From: a virus
Lineage: Duplodnaviria > Caudoviricetes
Length of the DNA: 51,764 nt
Reading direction: 5' to 3' (one strand)
IMG/VR virus record: IMGVR_UViG_3300044267_002854
Span: 1-51,764 of that record
Below are positions 37,248 through 46,537 of the stretch, piece by piece. The notes beneath the pieces were generated by a model. It did no database searches and had not been told where the DNA came from. It worked only from the letters and a program-made list of their open reading frames with translations. Each line of letters starts with the position of its first letter. Within the stretch, counting starts at the first letter, position 1. Both the position numbers and the translations under genes were made by a program.

Positions 37248-37580
37248 ATGGTAAATAAAACTAAAGGTACTAACGCTAACCTTACCGCTAATAGCGTAAC
37301 TATAAACGGTACTAGCTACCCCTTAACCGCTACTATAACCGTAGTTAACGGCGGTACGGTAAACCCTAAAAACGCTTATATATTAAATAGCGTTTATAAC
37401 GGGGCTACCGTAGCTAATATAGTACGGGCTAAAGCTAACCCTAGCGCTAAAGTTAATAACGCTTTAAGTACTAAAGCGTTAGCTAAAGCTAATATTAGTT
37501 TAGGTAGTAGCGCTAGTACCGTTTTAAGTAAAACGGGGTTAGGGTATTTTTTAAAGGGCGGTAAAATAACTATAAGCTAA
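37248..37580 (+). CDS. small basic protein lacking D, E, H, Q, C, W and internal M (paralog of 35807)
   Basis: Has its own promoters, an AAGGT RBS and a terminator; YPLTATI...YNGATVANIV...LGYFLKGGKITIS. Confidence 0.8.
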   Translation: MVNKTKGTNANLTANSVTINGTSYPLTATITVVNGGTVNPKNAYILNSVYNGATVANIVRAKANPSAKVNNALSTKALAKANISLGSSASTVLSKTGLGYFLKGGKITIS

Positions 37581-37597
37581 CCTTTAAACCCTAGCGG

Positions 37598-37634
37598 TAA
37601 GCCCCCTAGCTAATAACTAGGGGGCTTATTTTTT
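37598..37634 (+). terminator. intrinsic terminator
   Basis: TAAGCCCCCTAG-N7-CTAGGGGGCTTA followed by T6. Confidence 0.85.
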
Positions 37635-37860
37635 ATAGGGGCGTAGGGTAGTAAAGGGGTATAAAAGTAAAGGGCTTAAAAGGGCTATAATTAAGCCGTA
37701 GGGGTAGCCCCGCCCCCCTTTATAGCATAACCCTGTAGCTATAGCTAAAGGGTAAGATTTGGAGAGGCATTCACCATGGATTTCGAATTTTTGCAAATTT
37801 CCTTTACTTCTTGTGCAAAATAAGCAAAAATATTTCTTGCAAAATTTTTAGGAGAAAATT

Positions 37861-38022
37861 ATGGCAATCGGATTAACGAATTGGTTCAAAAAGACTTTTC
37901 TCGGTTATGAGGAAAAAACTGTTCGCAACCGCACAAAGAAAGGAAGGTTCGTAGCAGACGATCCTAAGACAAAAGACATAAACGAAGCGTACACTACTAA
38001 GACTTATAGAAAAAAGAAGTAA
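37861..38022 (+). CDS. small basic protein (53 aa)
   Basis: AGGAG RBS; RNRTKKGRFVADDPKTKDINEAY motif. Confidence 0.7.
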   Translation: MAIGLTNWFKKTFLGYEEKTVRNRTKKGRFVADDPKTKDINEAYTTKTYRKKK

Positions 38023-38023
38023 T

Positions 38024-38464
38024 GTGGGCTTCCCATTTGAGATAATAACCATGCTTGGTTCTACTCTGCTGAGTAGTTTATTGAGCATTTGGGCGCAAAG
38101 TCGTAAAGCCAAGGCGGAAGAACAAAAACTCTTGATCACAAGAGGCGAGTTTGACATGAAAGCGAGGAAACAGTCGCTGGATCATGGCTTAAAAGACAAG
38201 GGTTTCGCTTGGACAAGGCGGATTATAGCCCTAACTGCCATATTTGCCATCGTTTTACTGCCAAAACTAGTCGCAGTCTTCTATCCACAGGTCGATGTAA
38301 CAGTAGGGTACACGAATTGGATGCCTGGATTCTGGTTTTTTAAAGAAGGAAGGGAAGTTTTTGAGTGGGTGACGTTTCAGGGGCTTGTTATTACGCAATT
38401 AGACACGAATTTAGTGTCTGCAATCATTGGAATGTACTTTGGCGGGAGTTTAGTTAAGCGATGA
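38024..38464 (+). CDS. membrane protein, putative holin
   Basis: About three hydrophobic segments; C-terminal IIGMYFGGS. Confidence 0.6.
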   Translation: MGFPFEIITMLGSTLLSSLLSIWAQSRKAKAEEQKLLITRGEFDMKARKQSLDHGLKDKGFAWTRRIIALTAIFAIVLLPKLVAVFYPQVDVTVGYTNWMPGFWFFKEGREVFEWVTFQGLVITQLDTNLVSAIIGMYFGGSLVKR

Positions 38465-38934
38465 CAAAGAAAAACAAGGATAAACTGACTCCTAGACAGG
38501 AAAAATTCGCTCAAAGCGTGGCAAAAGGCTTATCCAAGACACAAGCAGCAATCGAAGCAGGATATTCGCCTAAAAATGCGCAAAAAGCGGGTACAGCTCT
38601 AGCCAGTGATCAAAATCCTAAGATAAAAAACAGAATCCAAGCGTTGCAAGACCGTGCAGCCGATTTAGTGAGCGTAAATCTAGGAACACACCTCAACGAT
38701 CTCAAAGATATACGGGATGGAGCAGTTGGAGCAGGAATGTGGTCGGCAGCAGTCGCAGCAGAAGTCGCAAGAGGCAAAGCAGCAGGACTTTATGTAAGAA
38801 AAAGCGAATTAACCATCAATAAAGTCGAAATGATGACTAAAGAGGAGATTTTAGTCAGAATGAACGAACTTTACTACGAATCGGGCGGAGTATTGCCCAA
38901 AGGCGAGATAATTGACGTCCAAACAGATGAATAA
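38461..38934 (+). CDS. terS: terminase small subunit
   Basis: LTPRQEKF..TQAAIEAGYS HTH; immediately upstream of terL. Confidence 0.85.
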   Translation: MTKKNKDKLTPRQEKFAQSVAKGLSKTQAAIEAGYSPKNAQKAGTALASDQNPKIKNRIQALQDRAADLVSVNLGTHLNDLKDIRDGAVGAGMWSAAVAAEVARGKAAGLYVRKSELTINKVEMMTKEEILVRMNELYYESGGVLPKGEIIDVQTDE

Positions 38935-40444
38935 AGACCTCAATAACCTTCCCGAAGATACATTAAAAGAGTATTACGAGCTTACAGAACGGTTCAAAGA
39001 GCTTAGTGAAGTAGAACAGTCGCAAAAAGAGTTTTTATCCTTTGTCAAAAGCCAGTGGCCAAACTTTATAGAAGGTCACCATCATAAAATAGTCGCAGAC
39101 GCTTTTAACCGCATAGCCGACGGCACTTTAAAGCGATTAATCATCAATATGCCTCCAAGACATACAAAAAGTGAGTTTGCGAGTTTTTTACTCCCAGCGT
39201 ACCTAATTGGGCGCAACCCTGCACTTAAAATCATACAAGCAACGCATACATCCGACCTTGCGGTGCGTTTTGGTCGTAAAGTAAGGGATTTAATACAATC
39301 CGACATATATAAACGTATTTTTCCCGATACGATACTAAACCCAGACTCAAAAGCAGCAGGAAAGTGGGAAACCATGGCAGAAAACCAACCGACGATACGA
39401 GGGGAGTATTATGCGGTAGGTACAGGCGGTGCGATCGCTGGACGGGGTGCAGACCTCTTTATTATTGACGATCCGCACTCAGAGCAAGACGCAATGTCAA
39501 AAGCAGCACTGGATGACGCTTATGAGTGGTATACCTCTGGACCAAGGCAAAGACTTCAGCCTGGAGGAGCGATAGTTATCGTTATGACTCGTTGGTCAGT
39601 TAAAGACCTAACAGGGAGATTAATCAAGGATATGTCTCGTAGTTCTCAAAACGATCAGTGGGAAGTCATTGAATTACCAGCTATACTGCCGAGTGGAGAC
39701 GCAGTTTGGCCAGAGTACTGGAAAGTTGAAGAACTGGAAGCAATCAAAGCAGCATTGGGTAATGGACCGAAATGGTTTGCTCAATACATGCAATCGCCGT
39801 CTTCTGAAGAAGGTGCGCTAATTAAACGTGAATGGTGGAAAGAATGGGTAACCGAAAAACCACCCGAGTGCGAATATATTATACAAAGCTACGACACGGC
39901 ATTTTTAAAGTCAGAAACTGCTGACTACTCCGCAATCACAACGTGGGGCGTATTTTACCCGCACGGACGCATAGGCGAAGATTTTTACCAAGGAGACGTT
40001 GCTCATCTCATACTACTGGACTCTGTGAAACAGAGGCTTGAGTTTCCTGAATTAAAGCGCAAAGCACTAGAACTTTATGAGCATTGGGATCCAGACACAG
40101 TAATTATTGAGGCGAAAGGAAGCGGAACGCCTTTAACACAAGAATTAAGGAGAATCGGTATTCCTGTTCAAAACTTTACTCCAAGCAAAGGCGCAGATAA
40201 GGTTGCTCGAGTAAACGCTTGTACACCATTGTTTGAGTCAGGAATGGTCTGGAAGCCCGACATGCACTGGGCGACAGAAGTTGTAGAAGAGTGTGCAGCT
40301 TTCCCTAACGGTGATCACGATGACTTAGTCGACTCAATGACACAAGCAGTTCTGCGTTTCCGCCAAGGTGGATTTGTTCAGTTAGCTTCTGATTATGAAG
40401 ACTCATTTGACGGATATAGACACAGACAAATGGTTTACTATTAA
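38927..40444 (+). CDS. terL: terminase large subunit
   Basis: INMPPRHTKS, IIDDP, MTRW, QSYDTAF, HDDLVDS. Confidence 0.95.
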   Translation: MNKDLNNLPEDTLKEYYELTERFKELSEVEQSQKEFLSFVKSQWPNFIEGHHHKIVADAFNRIADGTLKRLIINMPPRHTKSEFASFLLPAYLIGRNPALKIIQATHTSDLAVRFGRKVRDLIQSDIYKRIFPDTILNPDSKAAGKWETMAENQPTIRGEYYAVGTGGAIAGRGADLFIIDDPHSEQDAMSKAALDDAYEWYTSGPRQRLQPGGAIVIVMTRWSVKDLTGRLIKDMSRSSQNDQWEVIELPAILPSGDAVWPEYWKVEELEAIKAALGNGPKWFAQYMQSPSSEEGALIKREWWKEWVTEKPPECEYIIQSYDTAFLKSETADYSAITTWGVFYPHGRIGEDFYQGDVAHLILLDSVKQRLEFPELKRKALELYEHWDPDTVIIEAKGSGTPLTQELRRIGIPVQNFTPSKGADKVARVNACTPLFESGMVWKPDMHWATEVVEECAAFPNGDHDDLVDSMTQAVLRFRQGGFVQLASDYEDSFDGYRHRQMVYY

Positions 40445-40471
40445 TGATTTTCTATGATAAGGTAATTTTCC

Positions 40472-42832
40472 ATGGCGATTGATAAACAGCTTCCAGTAAT
40501 GAACGGAGAAGTCCCACCTACTGGAGACCCACTTCCAATAGAGATAGAGCTCGAGCTACCAGACGGTGAAGAGATGATGCAAGAGGAAATGCCTCAAGCA
40601 CCACAGTTCAACGAAAACTTAGCCGAATACCTAGACGACACAGTACTAAACCCATTAGGGAGCGAACTTGTCGGTATGTACGAAGAAGACAAAGAGTCTC
40701 GTCAAGAATGGTACGAAGCGTTTAGTAAAGGCTTAGATTTACTAGGAATTAAAACCGAAGAAAGAACGCAACCTTTTCAAGGAGCAAGTGGCGTAGACCA
40801 CCCTATACTCGCAGAAGCAGTAACCCAGTTTCAAGCACAAGCGTATAAAGAGCTTTTACCTCCAGGTGGACCAGTACAAGTACAGGTTGTTGGAGCGCAC
40901 GACCCTGAAATCGTAGGACAGTCTACTCGGGTTAAGGAATTTATGAATTATCAAATCACTCACGTAATGGAAGAATACGATCCAGAGATGGATTCAATGT
41001 TGTTTTATTTACCACTTTCTGGTAGCGCTTTTAAGAAAGTTTATTTTGATACGATGTTAGATCGTGCTGTGAGCGAGTTTGTTAAGGCGGAAGACCTAGT
41101 AGTCAGCTATTCTACTACTGACTTATCTACTTCGCCACGTGTTACTCATGTTATGAGCATGACTAAAAACGATTTGCTTAAAATGCAATTAAACGGCACG
41201 TACAGAGATATCGACTTGATGCAGAACCCTGGAGCAGTGACTCCGAACGATGTTCAAGAAAAAATGGAAGAACTCGAAGGACTTAGTTCTACATACACAG
41301 AGAATAATGAGCTCTACACTATATTAGAAATGCACGTTGATTTAAGGCTAACGGAAATAGAAGACCATGGATTTGCTTGTCCGTATATTGTAACGATCTG
41401 TGAAGATATGAATGAAATACTCGCTATTCGCCGTAATTGGGAAGAAGGCGATATGCTTTATAAGAAAGTAGACTACTTCGTTCAGTATAAATTTCTTCCA
41501 GGACTAGGCTTCTATGGGTTCGGTCTAATTCACATGATCGGTGGTTTAACTAAATCGGTAACAGCTATATTAAGACAACTTATTGATGCTGGTACTTTAG
41601 CTAACCTTCCCGCAGGGTTTAAAGCTCGTGGGATGCGAATACAAGGCGAAGACGAACCACTACAGCCTGGAGAGTTTAGAGATGTTGATGTTGCAGGCGC
41701 AACGATTAAAGATTCACTTTTACCGCTACCCTATAAAGAGCCGTCAGCTGTTTTGTCACAGTTGTTAGGTATCTTAGTTGATTCGGGTAGACGTTTTGCA
41801 AGCATAGCGGATATGCAGGTTGGAGACATCGGTAGCCAACAATTGCCTGTAGGAACTACCATAGCTATGCTAGAAAGAGGAACAAAAGTAATGTCGGCTA
41901 TACATAAGCGGTTACACTTTGCACAGAAGAAAGAATTTAGACTTCTTTCTACTCTTTACGCTAAATACCTACCACCAGAATATCCGTACATGACAGACGG
42001 TGGTCAACAGGTTGTTATGGCGCAGGACTTTGACCAACGTGTTGACGTTTTACCTATAAGCGACCCGAATATTTTTTCAATGTCTCAACGAGTATTAATT
42101 GCTCAACAGCAATTACAAATGGCACAAGCTGCACCAGAAATACACAATATGCAAGAAGCGTATAGAAGAATGTACGAAGCGCTTGAAATTAAAAACCCAC
42201 AAACATTGTTTAAAGAACAGCAGCAAGTTCCACCAAGAGACCCAATTAGCGAACAGCAAGCAGCGATGATGGGGCAACCGATTAAAGCGTTTGAGTGGCA
42301 AGACCACGAGGCGTATATTGAATCTCATTCTGCTTTTTTACAAAACCCTATGGCACAACAAAATGAAATGGTTGTGCAAATGATTAGTTCAAACATACAA
42401 GAACATCAATCGATGAAATATCGATTAGAAATTGAAGAAGCTATGGGACAACCGTTACCACCACTAGAACAGCTACAACAAATGCCACCAGAACAGGCAC
42501 AACAAGTTATGAATCAAATTGCACAGTCTGCAACTCAAGCTACAGCAGAAGTAACGGGTAGAGCTCAAGCGGTTGCTGAAGCAGAAGAAAAAGCTAAGAT
42601 GGATCCGATAATAGAGCTTCAAAAAGCTGAGATAAGGCAACGAGCAGTCGCAGCAGATCAAAAACGAGAAGTTGAGAAAGAGAAGATTGAGTCTCAAGAG
42701 GCTATAGCAGAAATGAAAATTGCTGCTGATAGGGAAAAGAACATTCAGTCGGCTATACTTGAAGCAGACAGAACATACGCAGATATTTTAAACAGTGTCC
42801 GAGAAGCGGACGAACGAACTAGAGGAGAATAA
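40472..42832 (+). CDS. portal protein
   Basis: 786 aa after terL; GSAFKKVY, GFYGFGLIH, Q-rich C-terminal barrel region. Confidence 0.88.
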   Translation: MAIDKQLPVMNGEVPPTGDPLPIEIELELPDGEEMMQEEMPQAPQFNENLAEYLDDTVLNPLGSELVGMYEEDKESRQEWYEAFSKGLDLLGIKTEERTQPFQGASGVDHPILAEAVTQFQAQAYKELLPPGGPVQVQVVGAHDPEIVGQSTRVKEFMNYQITHVMEEYDPEMDSMLFYLPLSGSAFKKVYFDTMLDRAVSEFVKAEDLVVSYSTTDLSTSPRVTHVMSMTKNDLLKMQLNGTYRDIDLMQNPGAVTPNDVQEKMEELEGLSSTYTENNELYTILEMHVDLRLTEIEDHGFACPYIVTICEDMNEILAIRRNWEEGDMLYKKVDYFVQYKFLPGLGFYGFGLIHMIGGLTKSVTAILRQLIDAGTLANLPAGFKARGMRIQGEDEPLQPGEFRDVDVAGATIKDSLLPLPYKEPSAVLSQLLGILVDSGRRFASIADMQVGDIGSQQLPVGTTIAMLERGTKVMSAIHKRLHFAQKKEFRLLSTLYAKYLPPEYPYMTDGGQQVVMAQDFDQRVDVLPISDPNIFSMSQRVLIAQQQLQMAQAAPEIHNMQEAYRRMYEALEIKNPQTLFKEQQQVPPRDPISEQQAAMMGQPIKAFEWQDHEAYIESHSAFLQNPMAQQNEMVVQMISSNIQEHQSMKYRLEIEEAMGQPLPPLEQLQQMPPEQAQQVMNQIAQSATQATAEVTGRAQAVAEAEEKAKMDPIIELQKAEIRQRAVAADQKREVEKEKIESQEAIAEMKIAADREKNIQSAILEADRTYADILNSVREADERTRGE

Positions 42833-42833
42833 A

Positions 42834-42995
42834 ATGCCTAAAAAGTCTAAATTGTATCCTGGACCGCAGAAAAACCCAGTCAAAATAAACACAGATGGCG
42901 ACGGTATAGTAGAAGCAGTTAAAGGTAAGGTTAAAGGTGGCGGTGCTGCCACTAAAGGACTTAGCTTTATCCAATGGGTTAAAAAAGCAAGATAA
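42834..42995 (+). CDS. small basic virion-module protein
   Basis: GAGGAG RBS; KGGGAATKGLSF motif. Confidence 0.6.
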   Translation: MPKKSKLYPGPQKNPVKINTDGDGIVEAVKGKVKGGGAATKGLSFIQWVKKAR

Positions 42996-42998
42996 CTT

Positions 42999-43199
42999 AT
43001 GGATTGGTTAACGGCGACTGAGTTTTTACTCAAACAGTCTCGTAAAAGACAGGAAGAGTTAAAAAATACTCTCGTTGGTGGTGGTGCGGCAGACTATACG
43101 CAATACCAACGCCTGATTGGCGAAATAACAGGACTAAACTTTATTGAAAACGAAATAATTGGATTACATAAAAGGATGGAAACACCAGATGAAGAATGA
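42999..43199 (+). CDS. conserved hypothetical protein
   Basis: DYTQYQRLIGEITGL motif, before GroES. Confidence 0.7.
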   Translation: MDWLTATEFLLKQSRKRQEELKNTLVGGGAADYTQYQRLIGEITGLNFIENEIIGLHKRMETPDEE

Positions 43200-43647
43200 A
43201 GCGCAAAAAACTAAGAAGGAGATACCTCCTTTCGTTTCGAACTTTGGCTCTGAAGACACAGAACCAGAACCAACTAATTTTACACCAGATGACCTGATGA
43301 AAGACCAAAAGTTGTCAGAAAAACTACCTAAACCAACAGGTTATCGTATGCTAATTTTACCTTTTGCTCCTGCAGAGAAGACAAAAGGTGGAATCTATCT
43401 GGCTAAGCAAACTGTAGACCGAGAGCGTCTAACTACAGTAGTCGGCTACGTTGTAGCCCTTGGACCAGATGCCTATAAAGACCTAAATAAATTTCCTGAA
43501 GGCGCTTGGTGCCAAGAAGGAGATTGGGTCATTTTTGGACGCTATGCGGGTGCTCGAATCCAGATTGAAGGAGGAGACTTGCGCCTTTTAAACGACGATG
43601 AAATTTTAGCATTAATAGACGATCCTGAAGATATTCTTGGGGGATAA
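43189..43647 (+). CDS. groES: co-chaperonin GroES-like protein
   Basis: PTGYRML, EKTKGGIYL, GDWVIFGRYAG, LLNDDEILA. Confidence 0.9.
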   Translation: MKNEAQKTKKEIPPFVSNFGSEDTEPEPTNFTPDDLMKDQKLSEKLPKPTGYRMLILPFAPAEKTKGGIYLAKQTVDRERLTTVVGYVVALGPDAYKDLNKFPEGAWCQEGDWVIFGRYAGARIQIEGGDLRLLNDDEILALIDDPEDILGG

Positions 43648-43650
43648 TAC

Positions 43651-43679
43651 TTTACTCTTGTTAAAATTCACGCTAAACT
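43651..43679 (+). promoter_or_regulatory. promoter TTTACT-N17-TAAACT upstream of the head genes
   Basis: Recurrent motif. Confidence 0.65.
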
Positions 43680-43691
43680 CAAAAACAATAC

Positions 43692-44534
43692 ATGGAGGAG
43701 ACCATGCCAGAAGAAACTGAAAATCTAGAAAAAGAAATAGAAGTTCCTACTGAAGAAGAAACAGAAGAAGTAGAGGTTGAAACTCAACAAGCTTCTGAAG
43801 AACACGAAGAGGAAATCGAAAAATATAGCGAGAAGGTTCAAAAAAGAATCGACAAGCTCACCTATAACCAACGAGAAGCCGAAAGACAAAGAGACGAAGC
43901 TCTCCGAGTTGCCCAAAACTTACAAGAAAAAGTAAAAGAGTTTGAAGAAAAGGTCCAAGATAAGGACGAAGCTCTAATTACTGAGTACGGTGGTCGGGTT
44001 GAAACGCAACTCCAACAAGCGAACGATAAGTATCGAGCAGCACTAGAAAATGGTGATATCGATACTCAAGTTGCTACGCAACAGGAGATTGCTAAATTGG
44101 CTGTCGAACAAGAAACAATTAATCGACGCAGAAAACAAAAGTCAGCCGAACCAAAAAATGGAGCTGCTAACACAACTCCACCAGTCGATCCAAGAGCTAC
44201 TGCTTGGGCGCAAAAAGAGGAAAACTCTTGGTTTGGAAGAGACAGAGTCATGACTTCTGCTGCCTTTGAAATCGATAAGGAAATGCAAGAGCAAGGCATA
44301 AACCCTACCGCTCCTGATTATTACGACCAATTAGATGATCGTATTAAAGAAGCGTTTCCACATAAATTTGAACAAGAGGAGTCTAAAGCTCCTCCTGTGC
44401 AAGCAGTTGGACGAACTAGTGCTGGGGCTAACCCAACCGCTAGGAAATCCAAAAAAGTAAAACTCACATCAAGTCAGCAAGCAATTGCTAAAAAGCTCGG
44501 TGTGCCATTAGAAGAGTACGCAAAGTATGTCTAA
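43692..44534 (+). CDS. capsid scaffolding protein
   Basis: Acidic coiled coil; C-terminal VKLTSSQQAIAKKLGVPLEEYAK. Confidence 0.75.
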   Translation: MEETMPEETENLEKEIEVPTEEETEEVEVETQQASEEHEEEIEKYSEKVQKRIDKLTYNQREAERQRDEALRVAQNLQEKVKEFEEKVQDKDEALITEYGGRVETQLQQANDKYRAALENGDIDTQVATQQEIAKLAVEQETINRRRKQKSAEPKNGAANTTPPVDPRATAWAQKEENSWFGRDRVMTSAAFEIDKEMQEQGINPTAPDYYDQLDDRIKEAFPHKFEQEESKAPPVQAVGRTSAGANPTARKSKKVKLTSSQQAIAKKLGVPLEEYAKYV

Positions 44535-44549
44535 ATATAGGAGTATAAT

Positions 44550-45014
44550 ATGACAGATCGAAACTCCCGTTCTGCTGAAGTTCGAGAAAAAACTACTCGC
44601 AGAAAACCTTGGCAACCACCATCCAGTTTGGATGCGCCTCAACCTCCTCCAGGATATAAATATCGCTGGATACGTGAAAGCATTCTTGGGCAAGATGACA
44701 AAACGAATATGTCTAAACGTATTCGTGAAGGATTCGAGCCAGTTAGGGCAGAAACTCACCCTGAGTTTCAAGGTCCAACAATTGAGGATGGAAAACACGC
44801 AGGTGTTATTGGAGTTGGTGGTTTAATTTTAGCCAAGATTGATGAATCGATAGTAGATGAACGTAAGGAATATTTTCAAGATATGACCGATGCGTCCATG
44901 CAAGCTGTTGATTCTGAACTAATGAGGGAAAGTAATCCTATCATGCCTATCGAAAAACCGAATCGTCGAACGAAAACGGAGTTTGGTAGCAGAAAGGATC
45001 TTTCTGAAGACTAA
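44550..45014 (+). CDS. conserved head-module protein
   Basis: WQPPSSLDAP..GYKYRWIR..REGFEPV. Confidence 0.7.
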   Translation: MTDRNSRSAEVREKTTRRKPWQPPSSLDAPQPPPGYKYRWIRESILGQDDKTNMSKRIREGFEPVRAETHPEFQGPTIEDGKHAGVIGVGGLILAKIDESIVDERKEYFQDMTDASMQAVDSELMRESNPIMPIEKPNRRTKTEFGSRKDLSED

Positions 45015-45040
45015 CCTTTAACTAAATGGGTAAATAAATA

Positions 45041-45577
45041 ATGGCAAATACTAATGATCCCAATGGGTTTACACCAGCATATCACTTGACTGGTGGAATC
45101 ATTAGACCTGCTCAAATGAGAATCGCTAGTGCGACAAATGCTTCTATCTTTAGTGGCGATGTTGTCAATCTATCAAGCGGTTACATCATTCAAGGCACGG
45201 CTACTGGTGCTCCTGTTGGCGTTTTTGCTGGCGTTTATTATGAGGCAACTGACGGCACTCCGACGTTTTCAAAACATTGGACTGCTGACACTGCTACATT
45301 AGGAAGTGCAGATGCTCAGGCTTATGTTTATAACGATCCAGACATCGTTTACGAAGCTCAATTTACTGCTGGTACACCAGCTGTGAGCTTTATAGGCAAT
45401 AAGTATACTCTTTCAACGACTGCTGGTAGTACATCTACTGGTCGTTCTGCGGAAGGGGTAACTGCTACTACATCTTCTGGTGTTGCTCTTTGTGTTGGCT
45501 TTGTGGATACACCAAGCAACTCAATTGGAGCAAATGCTAGAGCATTCTTCCGATTCCCAGCTAATCCGTTTGAATAG
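45041..45577 (+). CDS. capsid decoration/minor capsid protein
   Basis: Directly upstream of the MCP; beta-rich small residues. Confidence 0.6.
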   Translation: MANTNDPNGFTPAYHLTGGIIRPAQMRIASATNASIFSGDVVNLSSGYIIQGTATGAPVGVFAGVYYEATDGTPTFSKHWTADTATLGSADAQAYVYNDPDIVYEAQFTAGTPAVSFIGNKYTLSTTAGSTSTGRSAEGVTATTSSGVALCVGFVDTPSNSIGANARAFFRFPANPFE

Positions 45578-45587
45578 GAGTTAAGAA

Positions 45588-46496
45588 ATGGCGATTAATC
45601 GAGCACAACTCGTTAAAGAACTTGTTCCAGGACTTAATGCTTTATTCGGGCTAGAGTACTCAAGCTACGCTGATGAGCATACTATGATTTTCGATACTGA
45701 AAATTCTGATCGTGCTTATGAGGAAGAAGTGATGCTCTCTGGATTCGGAGAAGCTGCAGTTAAAGGCGAAGGTGCTGCGGTCAAGTATGACACTGCTCAA
45801 GAAACTTGGACAGCTCGTTATACTCACGACACTGTAGCGTTAGCCTTCTCCTTGACTGAAGAAGCAATGGAAGATAATCTCTATGATACCCTATCTGCAA
45901 GATACACAAGAGCACTAGCTCGTTCTATGCAACAAACGAAGCAGATTAAAGCTGCAAACGTGTTGAATAATGGATTTAGCAGCAGTTATCCAGGAGGAGA
46001 CGGTAAAGAACTATTCGCTACCGATCATACCTCTTTGACTGCTGGTGATCTTAAGAATGAACTAAGTACAGCTGCAGACCTTAATGAAACATCTATGGAG
46101 CAAGCACTAATTGATATTGCTGGCTTTAAAGATGAGAGAGGTCTGAAAGTTAATGCACAAGCACAACGATTAATTGTGCCACCTGCATTACAGTTCATTG
46201 CAGATCGGTTGTTAAACACACCAGGAAGAGTCGCAACTTCAGATAATGACATCAATGCAATTAGAAATATGGGCATGGTCCCAGATGGCTACGCTGTGAA
46301 TCATTATTTGACAGACACCGACGCTTGGTTTGTTAAGACAGATATACCTAATGGTCTCAAGCACTTTGTTCGAACTCCAGTTTCCACTAACATGGAAGGT
46401 GATTTCGAAACAGGAAACGTAAGATATAAAGCAAGAGAAAGATACAGCTTCGGCTGGTCTGACTGGCGTGGTATCTTCGGATCTCCTGGTGCTTAA
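45588..46496 (+). CDS. major capsid protein
   Basis: MAINRAQLVKELVPGLNALFG...RYKARERYSFGWSDWRGIFGSPG. Confidence 0.92.
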   Translation: MAINRAQLVKELVPGLNALFGLEYSSYADEHTMIFDTENSDRAYEEEVMLSGFGEAAVKGEGAAVKYDTAQETWTARYTHDTVALAFSLTEEAMEDNLYDTLSARYTRALARSMQQTKQIKAANVLNNGFSSSYPGGDGKELFATDHTSLTAGDLKNELSTAADLNETSMEQALIDIAGFKDERGLKVNAQAQRLIVPPALQFIADRLLNTPGRVATSDNDINAIRNMGMVPDGYAVNHYLTDTDAWFVKTDIPNGLKHFVRTPVSTNMEGDFETGNVRYKARERYSFGWSDWRGIFGSPGA

Positions 46497-46537
46497 TGCC
46501 AAATAGAGCATTAAAACGCAAGTAATATGGAACCTGT

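Larger units (their letters stand above)
37097..37726. other. 630-bp block lacking GA, TC, CA and TG dinucleotides (except the ATG start codon)
   Basis: Read base by base: last TG at 37096-37097, only internal TG at 37249-37250, next CA at 37726-37727. Confidence 0.92.

Noticed and set aside
37650-37674. Two minus-strand CCCTTTACT boxes as leftward promoters
   Set aside because: No -10 hexamer at 16-17 bp spacing; they may be binding sites only.
43189-43647. Stand-alone GroES as a novelty
   Set aside because: Common in marine phage head modules.
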